In this document: piece after piece, positions 20,253 to 29,369 of the stretch
Position numbering within the stretch: the stretch's first letter is position 1
Layout: each line of letters begins with the position of its first letter
Assembly: GCA_963701965.1 (NCBI GenBank)
Contig: OY969695.1
Span: forward strand, 3,232,001 to 3,296,000
From: an uncultured Gemmatimonadales bacterium
GTDB lineage: Bacteria; Gemmatimonadota; Gemmatimonadetes; Gemmatimonadales; Gemmatimonadaceae
Direction of reading: 5' to 3'
Length of the DNA: 64,000 nt
Program-made: the position numbers and the translations under genes
The notes under the pieces: model-generated
Database searches by the model: none
What the model saw: only the letters and a program-made list of their open reading frames with translations
Told to the model about the DNA's origin: nothing

Positions 20253-21341
20253 TCAGGCGGCGCCGAGCCGCCGCAACATCCGATAGTGCGACGCGACCGC
20301 GGACCGGAAGGTCGGCTGATCGTGATACGGGAGCCGGTAAGCCTGGGCGACCTCGCGCACGATCCCGCTGATCGCCGGGTAGTGCACGCTGCACACCTTG
20401 GGAAAGAGGTGGTGCTCGATCTGAAAGTTGAGACCGCCGACGTACCAGGAGAGCAGGCGATTGCGGCGGGCGAAATTGGCCGTGGTGTGCATCTCGTGCA
20501 ACCACCAATCCGTCGCCATGCGACCCGCCTCGTCCGGCAGCGGATGCTCCGTCCCCTCGACAATGTGCGCCAGCTGGAACACCATGCCGAGGATGAGGCC
20601 GGCGGTCAGATGCATGGCCAGAAACCCGATCGCGATCTGCCACCACGCCACGTGGAGCACGAGCAGGGGGACGATGAGCGCGTAGCCATAGTAGGCCAGC
20701 TTCGCGGACAACAAGAGCGCGATCTGCGACTTGTCGTGGCGCTTGTCGCGATAGGGACCAAGATCGCGCCGGAGCAGCTGTTGATAGTCCTTGACGAACA
20801 CCCAGAAGAGCGTCGTGCACGCATAGAGCGGAAACGCATACAGGTGCTGCAACCGGTGAAACCACAGTCGATCGGCGTTCGGTGACAGGCGGAGCAGCGG
20901 CGACACGGCGAGGTCGTCGTCCACGCCATGAATGTTCGTGTACGTGTGGTGGACGATGTTGTGCGTGATCTTCCACATATAGCTGCTGGCGCCGAGCGCA
21001 TCGAAGGACAGCCCCAGCAGATCATTGAGCCAAGGGCGCGCGGCATAGGCGCCGTGGAGCGCGTCGTGGGCGATCCCGAATCCAATCCCCGCGATCCCGA
21101 TGCCCATCGCGACCGCCAACGCCAGCATGGTCCAGGGGCCGAAACGATTGGAGAGGATGAGGCCATAGGGGACAATCGCCATGGCCAGCAGCACGGCGCC
21201 TTTGACCACCATGGCCGCGTTGGCTTTGCTCGACAGCTCGCGGCTCGCGAAGTATTCAGCGACCCGCGTCTTCATTTCCTGCATCGCATCCCGAGCCCTG
21301 GGGACCGCTGCATCCTGCGCAAATCGAACGGCACTCTTCAC
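20253..21341 (-). CDS. Membrane acyl-CoA/fatty acid desaturase
   Basis: Three His boxes (HDALH, HNIVHH, QIEHH) plus TM helices. Confidence 0.95.
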   Translation of the reverse strand: MKSAVRFAQDAAVPRARDAMQEMKTRVAEYFASRELSSKANAAMVVKGAVLLAMAIVPYGLILSNRFGPWTMLALAVAMGIGIAGIGFGIAHDALHGAYAARPWLNDLLGLSFDALGASSYMWKITHNIVHHTYTNIHGVDDDLAVSPLLRLSPNADRLWFHRLQHLYAFPLYACTTLFWVFVKDYQQLLRRDLGPYRDKRHDKSQIALLLSAKLAYYGYALIVPLLVLHVAWWQIAIGFLAMHLTAGLILGMVFQLAHIVEGTEHPLPDEAGRMATDWWLHEMHTTANFARRNRLLSWYVGGLNFQIEHHLFPKVCSVHYPAISGIVREVAQAYRLPYHDQPTFRSAVASHYRMLRRLGAA

Positions 21342-21477
21342 TGATCTACCCCGCGGGCGAACTCATCAATTGTGGGCCCGCAGGATACGATGATGCGAAT
21401 GATAGCGTCAAGGCCGAGGCCCAACGTGTCCGGCTCGACTCTCGCCTCATCAGCCTGCTTAACGTATCATGAACGTC

Positions 21478-22887
21478 ATGTGGACCGCGCGCTTGGCGGG
21501 GGCGATGGTCATGGTCATGACCACTCACGGGGTCGCGGCGCAACCAGCGACGATTGTCGGCGTCGTCGTCGACAGCTTGCGGGGCGGACCCCTCGGCGGT
21601 GCGGTCGTCCAGGTCATCGATGGGCCGCCACTCCAGACGAGCGCGGACGCGGCCGGGCGGTTTCGCATCGACAGCGTCCCACCCGGCGCCCACCGCATCG
21701 CGGTCTTCCATCCGTTCCTCGACACCCTCGGCGCCACCGTGGTCTCATCACCGATCACGTTCGCGCCCGGCGCGATGGTCACCGCCGTATTCGCCACGCC
21801 CTCCCCGGCGGCCCTCCTGCACGTGATGTGTCCCCGGGACACGGTGGGGGGCGGTACTCTGCCGGCGGGTGTCATCGGCGAAGTGGTGCGGGCGACCGAC
21901 GCCCGTCCGGTCAATGGCGCCACGGTCACGCTGGCGTGGACGGTGGTCGAGGCGAGCACCGCGACGGGTGTCGCGCGAAGTACGCGGGTGCGCGATGCGC
22001 GAACGGGCACCGATGGCCGATTCCACGTCTGCGCTCCGCCGGGGGTCTCCGACGCATCCCTTGGCGCATCGGTCAATGGCGCGCGCACGGGCTGGGTGTC
22101 GCTGGCGCTCGCGCCGGGCAGTGTCGCCGTGTCCGCGCTCCGCCTCGGCGACGACAGCGCGCGCGCCGTCGCTATCGGCCGCGTGGTGGGACCGCGCGGC
22201 GAGCCGATTGCCGGCGCGATCGTGACGCTGCCCCACACCGCGGCGCGCGCCGAGACGCGCGACAGCGGCGCGTTCACGCTGGCCGAGCTCCCGGCGGGGA
22301 CGCAAGCGCTGCGGGTCGTGAGCCCCGGCTATGCCCCCAGGACCCTTTCCGTCAACTTGGGCCCCGGCGTCCCGTGGCGCGGCGTCATCACGCTCGAGGC
22401 GGCGGCGCCAACCCTATCGACTGTGCGCGTAACCGCCGACCGCGTGGCGGCGGGATACGCCGCCGTGGGCTTTTCCGAGCGCCGGGAGCGCGGCGCCGGC
22501 ACGTTCTTGTCGCTGAACGACATCGCCCGCAAGCGCGCGCAAACGACCGCCGACCTGTTCGATCAAGTACCAGGCGTGTACCTCGACCGGACGTTCAACC
22601 CGCCGATTCTCGTCGGCTCACGCGGACGGACGAGTCTCAAGGGCGCCAGCGGGGCCTGCGTCAATCTCTGGGTCGACCGGCACCGCGTCGTCGCGCCGGC
22701 GGTCCGGGACACGCTCTCCGGCATGCAGCAGGCGTTCACGCCCATGCGCATCGATGAACACGTCTCCCTCGGCGAAATCGCGGCCATCGAGGTCTACTCG
22801 GCGGCCGCCGTTCCGACCCAGTTCGAGGTACCGGGCGAGAGCTGTCCGGTCGTCGTCGTGTGGACCAGGAGCGCGATCGGGCTCTGA
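21478..22887 (+). CDS. Carboxypeptidase-regulatory-like repeats + TonB plug-like domain, no beta-barrel
   Basis: Three G.V.D/G...P..GA.V…T..G.F prealbumin-like repeats, then GF.ERR..G.G.FL…DI, C…WVD and I.AIEVY…C.VVVVWT. ATG 21469 is an alternative start. Confidence 0.8.
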   Translation: MWTARLAGAMVMVMTTHGVAAQPATIVGVVVDSLRGGPLGGAVVQVIDGPPLQTSADAAGRFRIDSVPPGAHRIAVFHPFLDTLGATVVSSPITFAPGAMVTAVFATPSPAALLHVMCPRDTVGGGTLPAGVIGEVVRATDARPVNGATVTLAWTVVEASTATGVARSTRVRDARTGTDGRFHVCAPPGVSDASLGASVNGARTGWVSLALAPGSVAVSALRLGDDSARAVAIGRVVGPRGEPIAGAIVTLPHTAARAETRDSGAFTLAELPAGTQALRVVSPGYAPRTLSVNLGPGVPWRGVITLEAAAPTLSTVRVTADRVAAGYAAVGFSERRERGAGTFLSLNDIARKRAQTTADLFDQVPGVYLDRTFNPPILVGSRGRTSLKGASGACVNLWVDRHRVVAPAVRDTLSGMQQAFTPMRIDEHVSLGEIAAIEVYSAAAVPTQFEVPGESCPVVVVWTRSAIGL

Positions 22888-22955
22888 CCGGCGCGTGGCC
22901 CGGCCTATTGGCGGCAGGGCGCGTTCGGGTCCGGTTTCGGCTGATCGACGAGCGG

Positions 22956-24566
22956 TCAATGATCGAGGTCGGCGACGTGGAGGGCCACCGCGTAGACGAG
23001 AGTGGCCGCGCGCGCCATATGGGCGAAGTCGAGATAGGCCGGCTCGTCGGTCACTTGATGATAGTCGACGCCGTAGCCGGTCGAGAAATACGCGACCGGA
23101 ATCCCGTAGCGCGCATACGAGGCATGATCGCTGCGGCAGTATTTCTGCGACGGATGTCCGGGCGCGTCCCAGGAATAGTCGATCGCCATCGGCTCGGCGA
23201 GCGTCGCGTTGACCGAGTCGATCAGCGCGCCGAGCTCCTTGGACAGTCGCCGGGCGCCGCCCGACTGGATGTAGCGCGGGCCCGAGCGCGCCGAGTCGGC
23301 GTTGTAGTCGTGGCCGAAGAGATCCATGTTGAGATAAGCGACGATCGAGTCGCGCGGGACCGTGGGATGCTCCGCGTACCAGCGGGAGCCGAGCAGTCCC
23401 TGTTCCTCGCCCGTGTGGGACACGAAGAGTATCGACCGCGCCGGCCGCTCGGACCGCGTCGCCAGCGCATGGGCGATCGCCAGCAGCAATGCCGTCCCCG
23501 CCCCGTCGTCGTCCGCGCCATTGAAGATCGAGTCGCGCCGTGCCGGGCGTATCCGTCGCAAGCTGTCCACGTTGACGTGAATCGTCGGCGACGTCGCGCC
23601 CGGGTTGCCGGCGGCGGGACCGTCGAGGTGGCTGCGGGCCAGCAGGATATTGTAGGCGCGGAGGGAATCGTGATCGATGCCGAACGCGGCTACGCCCAGA
23701 TGGTCGTTGTGGGCGCCCATCGCCACGTATTCGCCGCGGCGCGCGGGGTCACGTCCCGGAAGGACAGCGACGACGTTACGCGCCTGAATCGTGTCCGGCG
23801 CGAAATACCGCAGGCGTCCGCCGAGCGTGCCGCGGGCCACCGCGCCGACCGTCAGGGCATCGACCGACGCGCCAAACAACGCCCGCACCGTCGTATCGCC
23901 GACCTGGAAAATGACGGGCGCGATCGGCATGGTATTCGGCCGGACCGGTCGGGGCACCGCGAAGCGTTTGAGACGCGTGTACACGGTCACCGGCGGCAGG
24001 TGGGGCAGGACGAACACGATCCCGGAAACTTGCTGGCGGAAGACCGGCAGATACCTCGGCGACCGGAGATCCGGCCGCCCGTCCGGCAGGCGCCCGAGCG
24101 CGAAGACCACGATCTTGCCCTGGCCCGAGTCCGGGCTGACCATCGCTGTAGAGTCCGGGCCCAGTCGGCCGCCGTAGACAATGGGTATCCCGGCGGGGTC
24201 GAACGAAAGGGCAATGTTGAGCGCGTTCTGCGGGACGACGCCAGTCCATAACGGGAGTGGCGCGCCATTGACCGTGAGCGTCTCCGTCGTATCGAGGCGG
24301 CTCGAGATCATCGGCACGTACTGGAGATAGCCGCCGCTGTCGCCGGCTGGTTGGAGACCCAGCCGCCGGAACTCCGATGCGATGTAGTCGGTCACTTCGA
24401 CATTGCCGCGCGATCCCGGCAGCCGCCCCGCCATCGAGTCATCGGCGATGATCGCGTCGCGATGCTGGAGCTCGGCGGCGGTGATCGGGGAAGACGGCGT
24501 GGCGCGAGTCGCGGTGTGCGTGCAGCTCGCGGTCAGGACAAGGGCGGCGGGCAGGAAGCGGCGCAT
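22956..24566 (-). CDS. M28 family aminopeptidase lipoprotein
   Basis: Lipobox LTASC, NVVAVLPG, GAHNDH, NGADDDG, GEEQGLLGS, NMD, SDH and YHQVTD. Confidence 0.93.
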   Translation of the reverse strand: MRRFLPAALVLTASCTHTATRATPSSPITAAELQHRDAIIADDSMAGRLPGSRGNVEVTDYIASEFRRLGLQPAGDSGGYLQYVPMISSRLDTTETLTVNGAPLPLWTGVVPQNALNIALSFDPAGIPIVYGGRLGPDSTAMVSPDSGQGKIVVFALGRLPDGRPDLRSPRYLPVFRQQVSGIVFVLPHLPPVTVYTRLKRFAVPRPVRPNTMPIAPVIFQVGDTTVRALFGASVDALTVGAVARGTLGGRLRYFAPDTIQARNVVAVLPGRDPARRGEYVAMGAHNDHLGVAAFGIDHDSLRAYNILLARSHLDGPAAGNPGATSPTIHVNVDSLRRIRPARRDSIFNGADDDGAGTALLLAIAHALATRSERPARSILFVSHTGEEQGLLGSRWYAEHPTVPRDSIVAYLNMDLFGHDYNADSARSGPRYIQSGGARRLSKELGALIDSVNATLAEPMAIDYSWDAPGHPSQKYCRSDHASYARYGIPVAYFSTGYGVDYHQVTDEPAYLDFAHMARAATLVYAVALHVADLDH

Positions 24567-24611
24567 ACGCGTGAAACTATCCACGCTCCTGGGCGGCGTC
24601 GAGCCAACCCG

Positions 24612-25142
24612 TCATTCCACGCCGGCTGGCGGGTGCACGTTGGTGTACTCATAGCGCGCGGACGTGTGGCTCTTCCCGCCGGCGGCTCCCGCGTCGACAT
24701 CCACTTCGGTGCGGAGGACGAGGCCCGTGCCCGGCGCCACCCAGACCTGGCCGTCGGACTTCGCCCCATCGATCTCGGTGTGCGTGCCATAGACCACGGC
24801 CGCCACACCGGCCACCGATTCCTCGCGGATGCGGTGGCAGGCATAGGCGGTCGCGTTGCGCACATCGTCCTGTTGTTGCTTGGCCATGAACGCCGGTGTG
24901 AGCAAGCTCCGCGTCCAATGTCCGGCCGTCAGCACGTAACTCTGGCCGCCCGTACTGATGACCTCCGTCGCTCGCGGTTTGCCACCGGTGTACGTCGACG
25001 TGGTGGTTCCATACACGTGGTGCGGCGTGTCCGCCTCCTTGGCGACGGCATCCAACACCGGCTTGCACGACGCGACGTCTTTTTGCGCCCGCGCCACCTG
25101 CGGCGCGAGGGCGACGATGGCCAGCAGGGACCAGCGCGACAT
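24612..25142 (-). CDS. Secreted hypothetical protein (LolA/LppX-like beta fold possible)
   Basis: Signal peptide, two Cys, VWV...TGL.LR.E and a terminal Y.NV.PP. Confidence 0.75.
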   Translation of the reverse strand: MSRWSLLAIVALAPQVARAQKDVASCKPVLDAVAKEADTPHHVYGTTTSTYTGGKPRATEVISTGGQSYVLTAGHWTRSLLTPAFMAKQQQDDVRNATAYACHRIREESVAGVAAVVYGTHTEIDGAKSDGQVWVAPGTGLVLRTEVDVDAGAAGGKSHTSARYEYTNVHPPAGVE

Positions 25143-25156
25143 CGCGAGCTCCGGCG

Positions 25157-26209
25157 TTAGTGACTCACCGCGAAGAACCAGGCGCCGATGACCGGCCCCC
25201 GCGGCGGGCGGGTTCCGGGCGCCGGTGGCGGCGCCGCCGGATCAGGGGCTGGCGCCGGGCCGTACTCCGGCTGGAAAAGATACGCCACGTGCTTGACGGG
25301 GTCGACCGCAATGGTCTTCGCTCCGGGCATCGTCGGGATGGTCGCCACGACGGTGTACTTGTCCGGGCCATCCTCATGCACGACGGTGACATTGCCATCG
25401 CGTCCCGCCGGAATGTAGATCAGCTTCTCCCCGGCATCCCAACCCAGCGCGTCGACGCCGTCGCCGTTGGCGATCGTCGCCACGATCTTGCCCGTCGCCG
25501 GGTCGGTGACGACCGACGTGTTGCCGCAGCCCGAGAAGATGCGCTTCGTGGCGCGATCGAACGCGATGCCCGTCGGCCCTTCGCAGGGCGTGAGCGGCCA
25601 CGACGCCAGGATTTTCATCGTCTTGACATCGAGCACCTGCATGGTGCCCTTGCGCTCGTTGTTGATGAAGATCTTGCCCTTGCCGTCACTGGCCGCGCCC
25701 TCGGGCGCATTGTCCTCGAGCTCGGCGACGCCCGCAATGTCCCCGGTCTTGGCATCGAGCGCGACGGCGGTGCCGATCGGACGGCTATGGTTGGTGAGGA
25801 TGATGCGATCGGAGTAGTCGTCGTACATGATGCCGTCGAGACCCCCTTGGCGTACCGGGATCTTCTTGATCACGGCCAATGTCTTGAGGTCGAACATCGT
25901 GACCGTGGAGTCGCCGCCATTCGTGATGAAGCCGTGCTGTGACTTGGGAGCGAGCGCGATCCCATGGGTGTGCGGTGTATCGGGAATGTCACCGATCACT
26001 TTCCCGGTCGGGCCATCGATCACCATGACGTGGGTGGCGCGCGACACGAACACCCGCCCGGTGCCGGGTTCCGCCGTCAGGTAGTCCGTGCCACCGTCGC
26101 CACCGATGCTGAATTTGGCCGCCTTGAACGTCTGGGCGGACGCGATCGTTGGGAAAACAAGCGCCGCGGTCAGCAGAATGGCCGGCGCAAAACGTGAATG
26201 AATGGGCAC
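25157..26209 (-). CDS. YncE-family beta-propeller protein
   Basis: Signal peptide, GGTDYL, HGIAL, PEGAASDG.GKIF, CEGPTGIA and GAKTIAVD blades. Confidence 0.9.
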   Translation of the reverse strand: MPIHSRFAPAILLTAALVFPTIASAQTFKAAKFSIGGDGGTDYLTAEPGTGRVFVSRATHVMVIDGPTGKVIGDIPDTPHTHGIALAPKSQHGFITNGGDSTVTMFDLKTLAVIKKIPVRQGGLDGIMYDDYSDRIILTNHSRPIGTAVALDAKTGDIAGVAELEDNAPEGAASDGKGKIFINNERKGTMQVLDVKTMKILASWPLTPCEGPTGIAFDRATKRIFSGCGNTSVVTDPATGKIVATIANGDGVDALGWDAGEKLIYIPAGRDGNVTVVHEDGPDKYTVVATIPTMPGAKTIAVDPVKHVAYLFQPEYGPAPAPDPAAPPPAPGTRPPRGPVIGAWFFAVSH

Positions 26210-26313
26210 GCGATCCTTGGGGTTTGAGACGCCGGGATAATGCGTCGTCGAAGCTGTCGGGACGGTTACGAAGCACCTTTGATCTCTGCTTCCGGGCGAT
26301 CAAGTTCAAGGCT

Positions 26314-27822
26314 ATGATCTCGAGCGCAGGGAAAGTGTTGGTGGTCGAGTCCGACGATGCCCTCCGGGACCAGATCGTCACCGCCCTCGGCCGCGCGGGA
26401 TATGACGTCTCGACCGACTATCGGGACGGCATGAAGTCCGTGCTCGCTTTTGCGCCTGACATCGTGGTCCTGGGCGCCGATCCGCCCGAGCTGGACTGTT
26501 GCGATCTGCTCGCCGAGATCAAGGGTGCCGAGCACACCCGGAACATCCGCGTCGTGATGCTCGCTCCGGGCGGAACGGCCGAGCGCACGCGAGGGTTGGA
26601 CCTCGGCGCCGACGATGTCATGTCCCTGCCGTTCGAGCCCCACGAGCTCTTGTCCCGCGTGCGTTCCCAACTGCGGAACAAGAATGCCGGGGACGTGGTG
26701 ACCGCGGTCAACGAGGAGCGGCGCACGGTGCGCGCCGGCGTGGTGGCGACCGTGGCGGTGTTGATCGTGGCGGGTGTAGTGTCGTTCGTCGCGTACCGTC
26801 GCACCCAGGAGCAGAATACGCGAGTCTACGCCGCGATCACGCGATTGCAGACCGGCGTGCTGCGGCAACAGCAGCTGATGGATCTCTCCCGCCACGTGCT
26901 GCGGGACGCGGCCCGCGCGCCCGCCCCGGCGAACGATTCGCAGCTCGTCGCCGTCGAAGGGCGTCTGCAAAAGCTCGAGACCCAAGGCACGGTCGCGCAA
27001 ACGATCATCCGGTCGTACGAGCCCAGCGTCTGTCTCATCCACGTGGTGCTGGCATTTCGGGATCACAACAGTGGCGCGTTTCTGCACTACGCGGGGATGA
27101 CCAGCGACAGCGCGCCCATCGTGGACGACCACCAGAATCCGCTCGTGAGCCTGACCGGCACCGGTCCGGAAGTGCACTTGGACGCGTTCGGCACCGGCTT
27201 TCTCGCGTCGCCGGGCGGCCTGATTCTCACCAACCATCACGTGGCCGAGCCCTGGTGGCAGAACGGCGAGTTGAAGGAGATGCGCGATCAGGGGCTCGAG
27301 CCGGCCGTCGTCGAGATGACTGCGTACTTCCCCGGCGTGCCCCGTGGCGTCACTATCAGCACCGACAAGATCTCCTCCGCGGCCGACGTGGCCCTCGTCA
27401 AAGGCGACGTGTCGACGCTGGGCATCAAGCAGATCACGTTGGCCGATGCACGCGGCGCGGCCGTCAGCGGGGCCCCCGTGGTGCTCATGGGCTATCCCAC
27501 GGCGATCGACGCCATCCTGGCGCGGGCCGGTCCCGAGACGCTCCGGTCCATTGCGGTGGCGACCAAGGGTGATCCATCGCGGGTGATGGAGGAGCTCGCG
27601 CACCGCAATCTCATCCGGCCGATCACGACGCAGGGGCACATTGGCAATGTGCTGCCCGACAAGATCGTCTACGATGCCCAGACCACATCGGGCGGCTCCG
27701 GCGGCCCGTTGTTCAACATCGACGGCAAGGTCATCGGCATCAACTTCGCAATGGTGCGCGAATTCGGCGGATCGAATTTCGCCATCCCCGTGGGTTTCGG
27801 CCGGTCACTCTTGAAGCCCTGA
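26314..27822 (+). CDS. Fusion of a receiver-like domain, a TM helix and a trypsin-like (S1/HtrA-type) serine protease
   Basis: N-terminal REC fold (KVLVVE…APDIVVLG…GLDLGADD.MSLPF…L.RVR), TM VVATVAVLIVAGVVSFVAY, coiled coil, then GTGF, LTNHHV, DVAL and GGSGGPL..DGKVIGINFA. Confidence 0.9.
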   Translation: MISSAGKVLVVESDDALRDQIVTALGRAGYDVSTDYRDGMKSVLAFAPDIVVLGADPPELDCCDLLAEIKGAEHTRNIRVVMLAPGGTAERTRGLDLGADDVMSLPFEPHELLSRVRSQLRNKNAGDVVTAVNEERRTVRAGVVATVAVLIVAGVVSFVAYRRTQEQNTRVYAAITRLQTGVLRQQQLMDLSRHVLRDAARAPAPANDSQLVAVEGRLQKLETQGTVAQTIIRSYEPSVCLIHVVLAFRDHNSGAFLHYAGMTSDSAPIVDDHQNPLVSLTGTGPEVHLDAFGTGFLASPGGLILTNHHVAEPWWQNGELKEMRDQGLEPAVVEMTAYFPGVPRGVTISTDKISSAADVALVKGDVSTLGIKQITLADARGAAVSGAPVVLMGYPTAIDAILARAGPETLRSIAVATKGDPSRVMEELAHRNLIRPITTQGHIGNVLPDKIVYDAQTTSGGSGGPLFNIDGKVIGINFAMVREFGGSNFAIPVGFGRSLLKP

Positions 27823-29295
27823 TCGCCGGCCCGCGGGCGCTAACGCCGCGGCCAACTGCATGACGCCCCGGCGCAGCTCCGCTTCATTCCAGGCCGCGAA
27901 TCCCAGGAGCAGGCCTCTGGGATCCTGTCGTTTCAACGTAAAGCGGTCCAGCGCCAGGGCCTCGACGCCGCGCGCCGCCGCGGCCGCCTCCGCTTGCCGC
28001 GACGTCATGCCGTTCCGGAGCAACGCCGTCGTATAGAGACCGGCTTTCACGCCGGAGATGTCGAGCACGCCGTCGAGGTGGCGCCGCCCGCTCTCGGTCA
28101 GCGCGGCCAGCCGACTGGCGTACAAGTCCCGCATCCGCCGCAGATGGCGTCCCAGATGCCCGTCGGCAATGAAATCGCAGAGCACCGCCTGATCAAAGTG
28201 CACCGAGCGGGAGTCCGTGCGATAGCGGAGCGCCAGGAAGTAATCGGCGAGGGGCTCCGGCACGACGACGTATCCCAGGCGCAGCGAGGGGAACAGGAGC
28301 TTGCTGAACGATCCGGTCAGGATCACGCTCGCGTGCCGGTCGAGGCTTTGCAGCGTCGGAACGGGCCGCTCTTCGAAGCGGTACTCGCTGTCGTAGTCGT
28401 CCTCGATGACGAATGCGCCGGCGCGCGCCGCCCATTTCAGGAGGGCGATGCGCCGTTGGAGCGACATCGTCATGCCCATCGGAAACTGATGGGCGGGCGT
28501 CAGGTACACGCCCTTGGGACGGGGGCACAGCCGGATGCCGTCCGCGACGGAGAGCCCTTCGGTATCCACCGGCACCGGGATGATCTTCGCGCCGACATTG
28601 GCAAAGGCAATGGTGGCGCCGAAGTACCCCGGATCTTCCATCCACACCGGGTCATCCCGCCGGAGGAGGAGGCGCGAGAGGAGATCGAGCGCCTGTTGGA
28701 CGCTGGACACAATGCACACCTGATCGACGTCGCATTGCACGCCGCGTGAGGCGCCGAGGTAGTGCGCGATCGCCTCGCGCAGCGGGCGATATCCCCGGCC
28801 GTCGTCGGCCGTGTCCAACCACGAGCGGAACCCGCGCGCCCGCCGGGCGGCGAGGCGTCCCCACAGCGCCGCGGGAAACTCGGCGATCGCGGGATCCCGC
28901 ATGTGAAACGGCCGCGGCCCGTCGAAGGGCACGAATCCCGCAAAAGCCTTGGGCCGCGCGTACCCGGCAATGACGCGCCGCGCGTAGGCAGGCGGGGTCG
29001 CGGGCTTGGCCCGCGCCGGCTCGCCCGCCGCGACGCGGCGGCTGACCCACGTGCCCGATCCGACGCGGCACAGGACGTACCCTTCCGCCTGCAGGCGCTC
29101 GAACACACCGACGACGGTGCCGCGCGACAGCCGGTGCATCCGCGCGAAATCGCGCGATGCCGGCAACCGCGTGCCGGGCGCCAGCCGTCCCTCGAGAATC
29201 GCCCGGCGCAACTCGCCGTACACCCACGCGGCGAGGGTCTCGCGCCGCGGCCGGCTGCCGAGCGTCAGTTCGAACGCGCTAATGGTTTTGGACAC
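27805..29295 (-). CDS. MocR/GabR-family GntR regulator with PLP aminotransferase-like domain
   Basis: wHTH (LRRAILEG.L.PG.RLPASR), EDPGY, TPAHQFP.G, IEDDYDSEY and GSFSK (PLP Lys). Start placed at GTG 29295. Confidence 0.93.
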   Translation of the reverse strand: MSKTISAFELTLGSRPRRETLAAWVYGELRRAILEGRLAPGTRLPASRDFARMHRLSRGTVVGVFERLQAEGYVLCRVGSGTWVSRRVAAGEPARAKPATPPAYARRVIAGYARPKAFAGFVPFDGPRPFHMRDPAIAEFPAALWGRLAARRARGFRSWLDTADDGRGYRPLREAIAHYLGASRGVQCDVDQVCIVSSVQQALDLLSRLLLRRDDPVWMEDPGYFGATIAFANVGAKIIPVPVDTEGLSVADGIRLCPRPKGVYLTPAHQFPMGMTMSLQRRIALLKWAARAGAFVIEDDYDSEYRFEERPVPTLQSLDRHASVILTGSFSKLLFPSLRLGYVVVPEPLADYFLALRYRTDSRSVHFDQAVLCDFIADGHLGRHLRRMRDLYASRLAALTESGRRHLDGVLDISGVKAGLYTTALLRNGMTSRQAEAAAAARGVEALALDRFTLKRQDPRGLLLGFAAWNEAELRRGVMQLAAALAPAGRRSGLQE

Positions 29296-29301
29296 GGCGC
29301 C

Positions 29302-29363
29302 AAGTGGTACAGTGGTGTCACTGCAAAATGGCTCTAATCCTTGTACCAATCCCACAGTAATAT
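29302..29363. promoter_or_regulatory. Putative MocR operator and -10 box of the permease gene
   Basis: AAGTGG (29302), AAATGG (29326) and inverted CCAAT (29346). TAATAT (29358-29363) lies 6 nt before the permease ATG. Confidence 0.6.
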
Positions 29364-29369
29364 GGGTCG

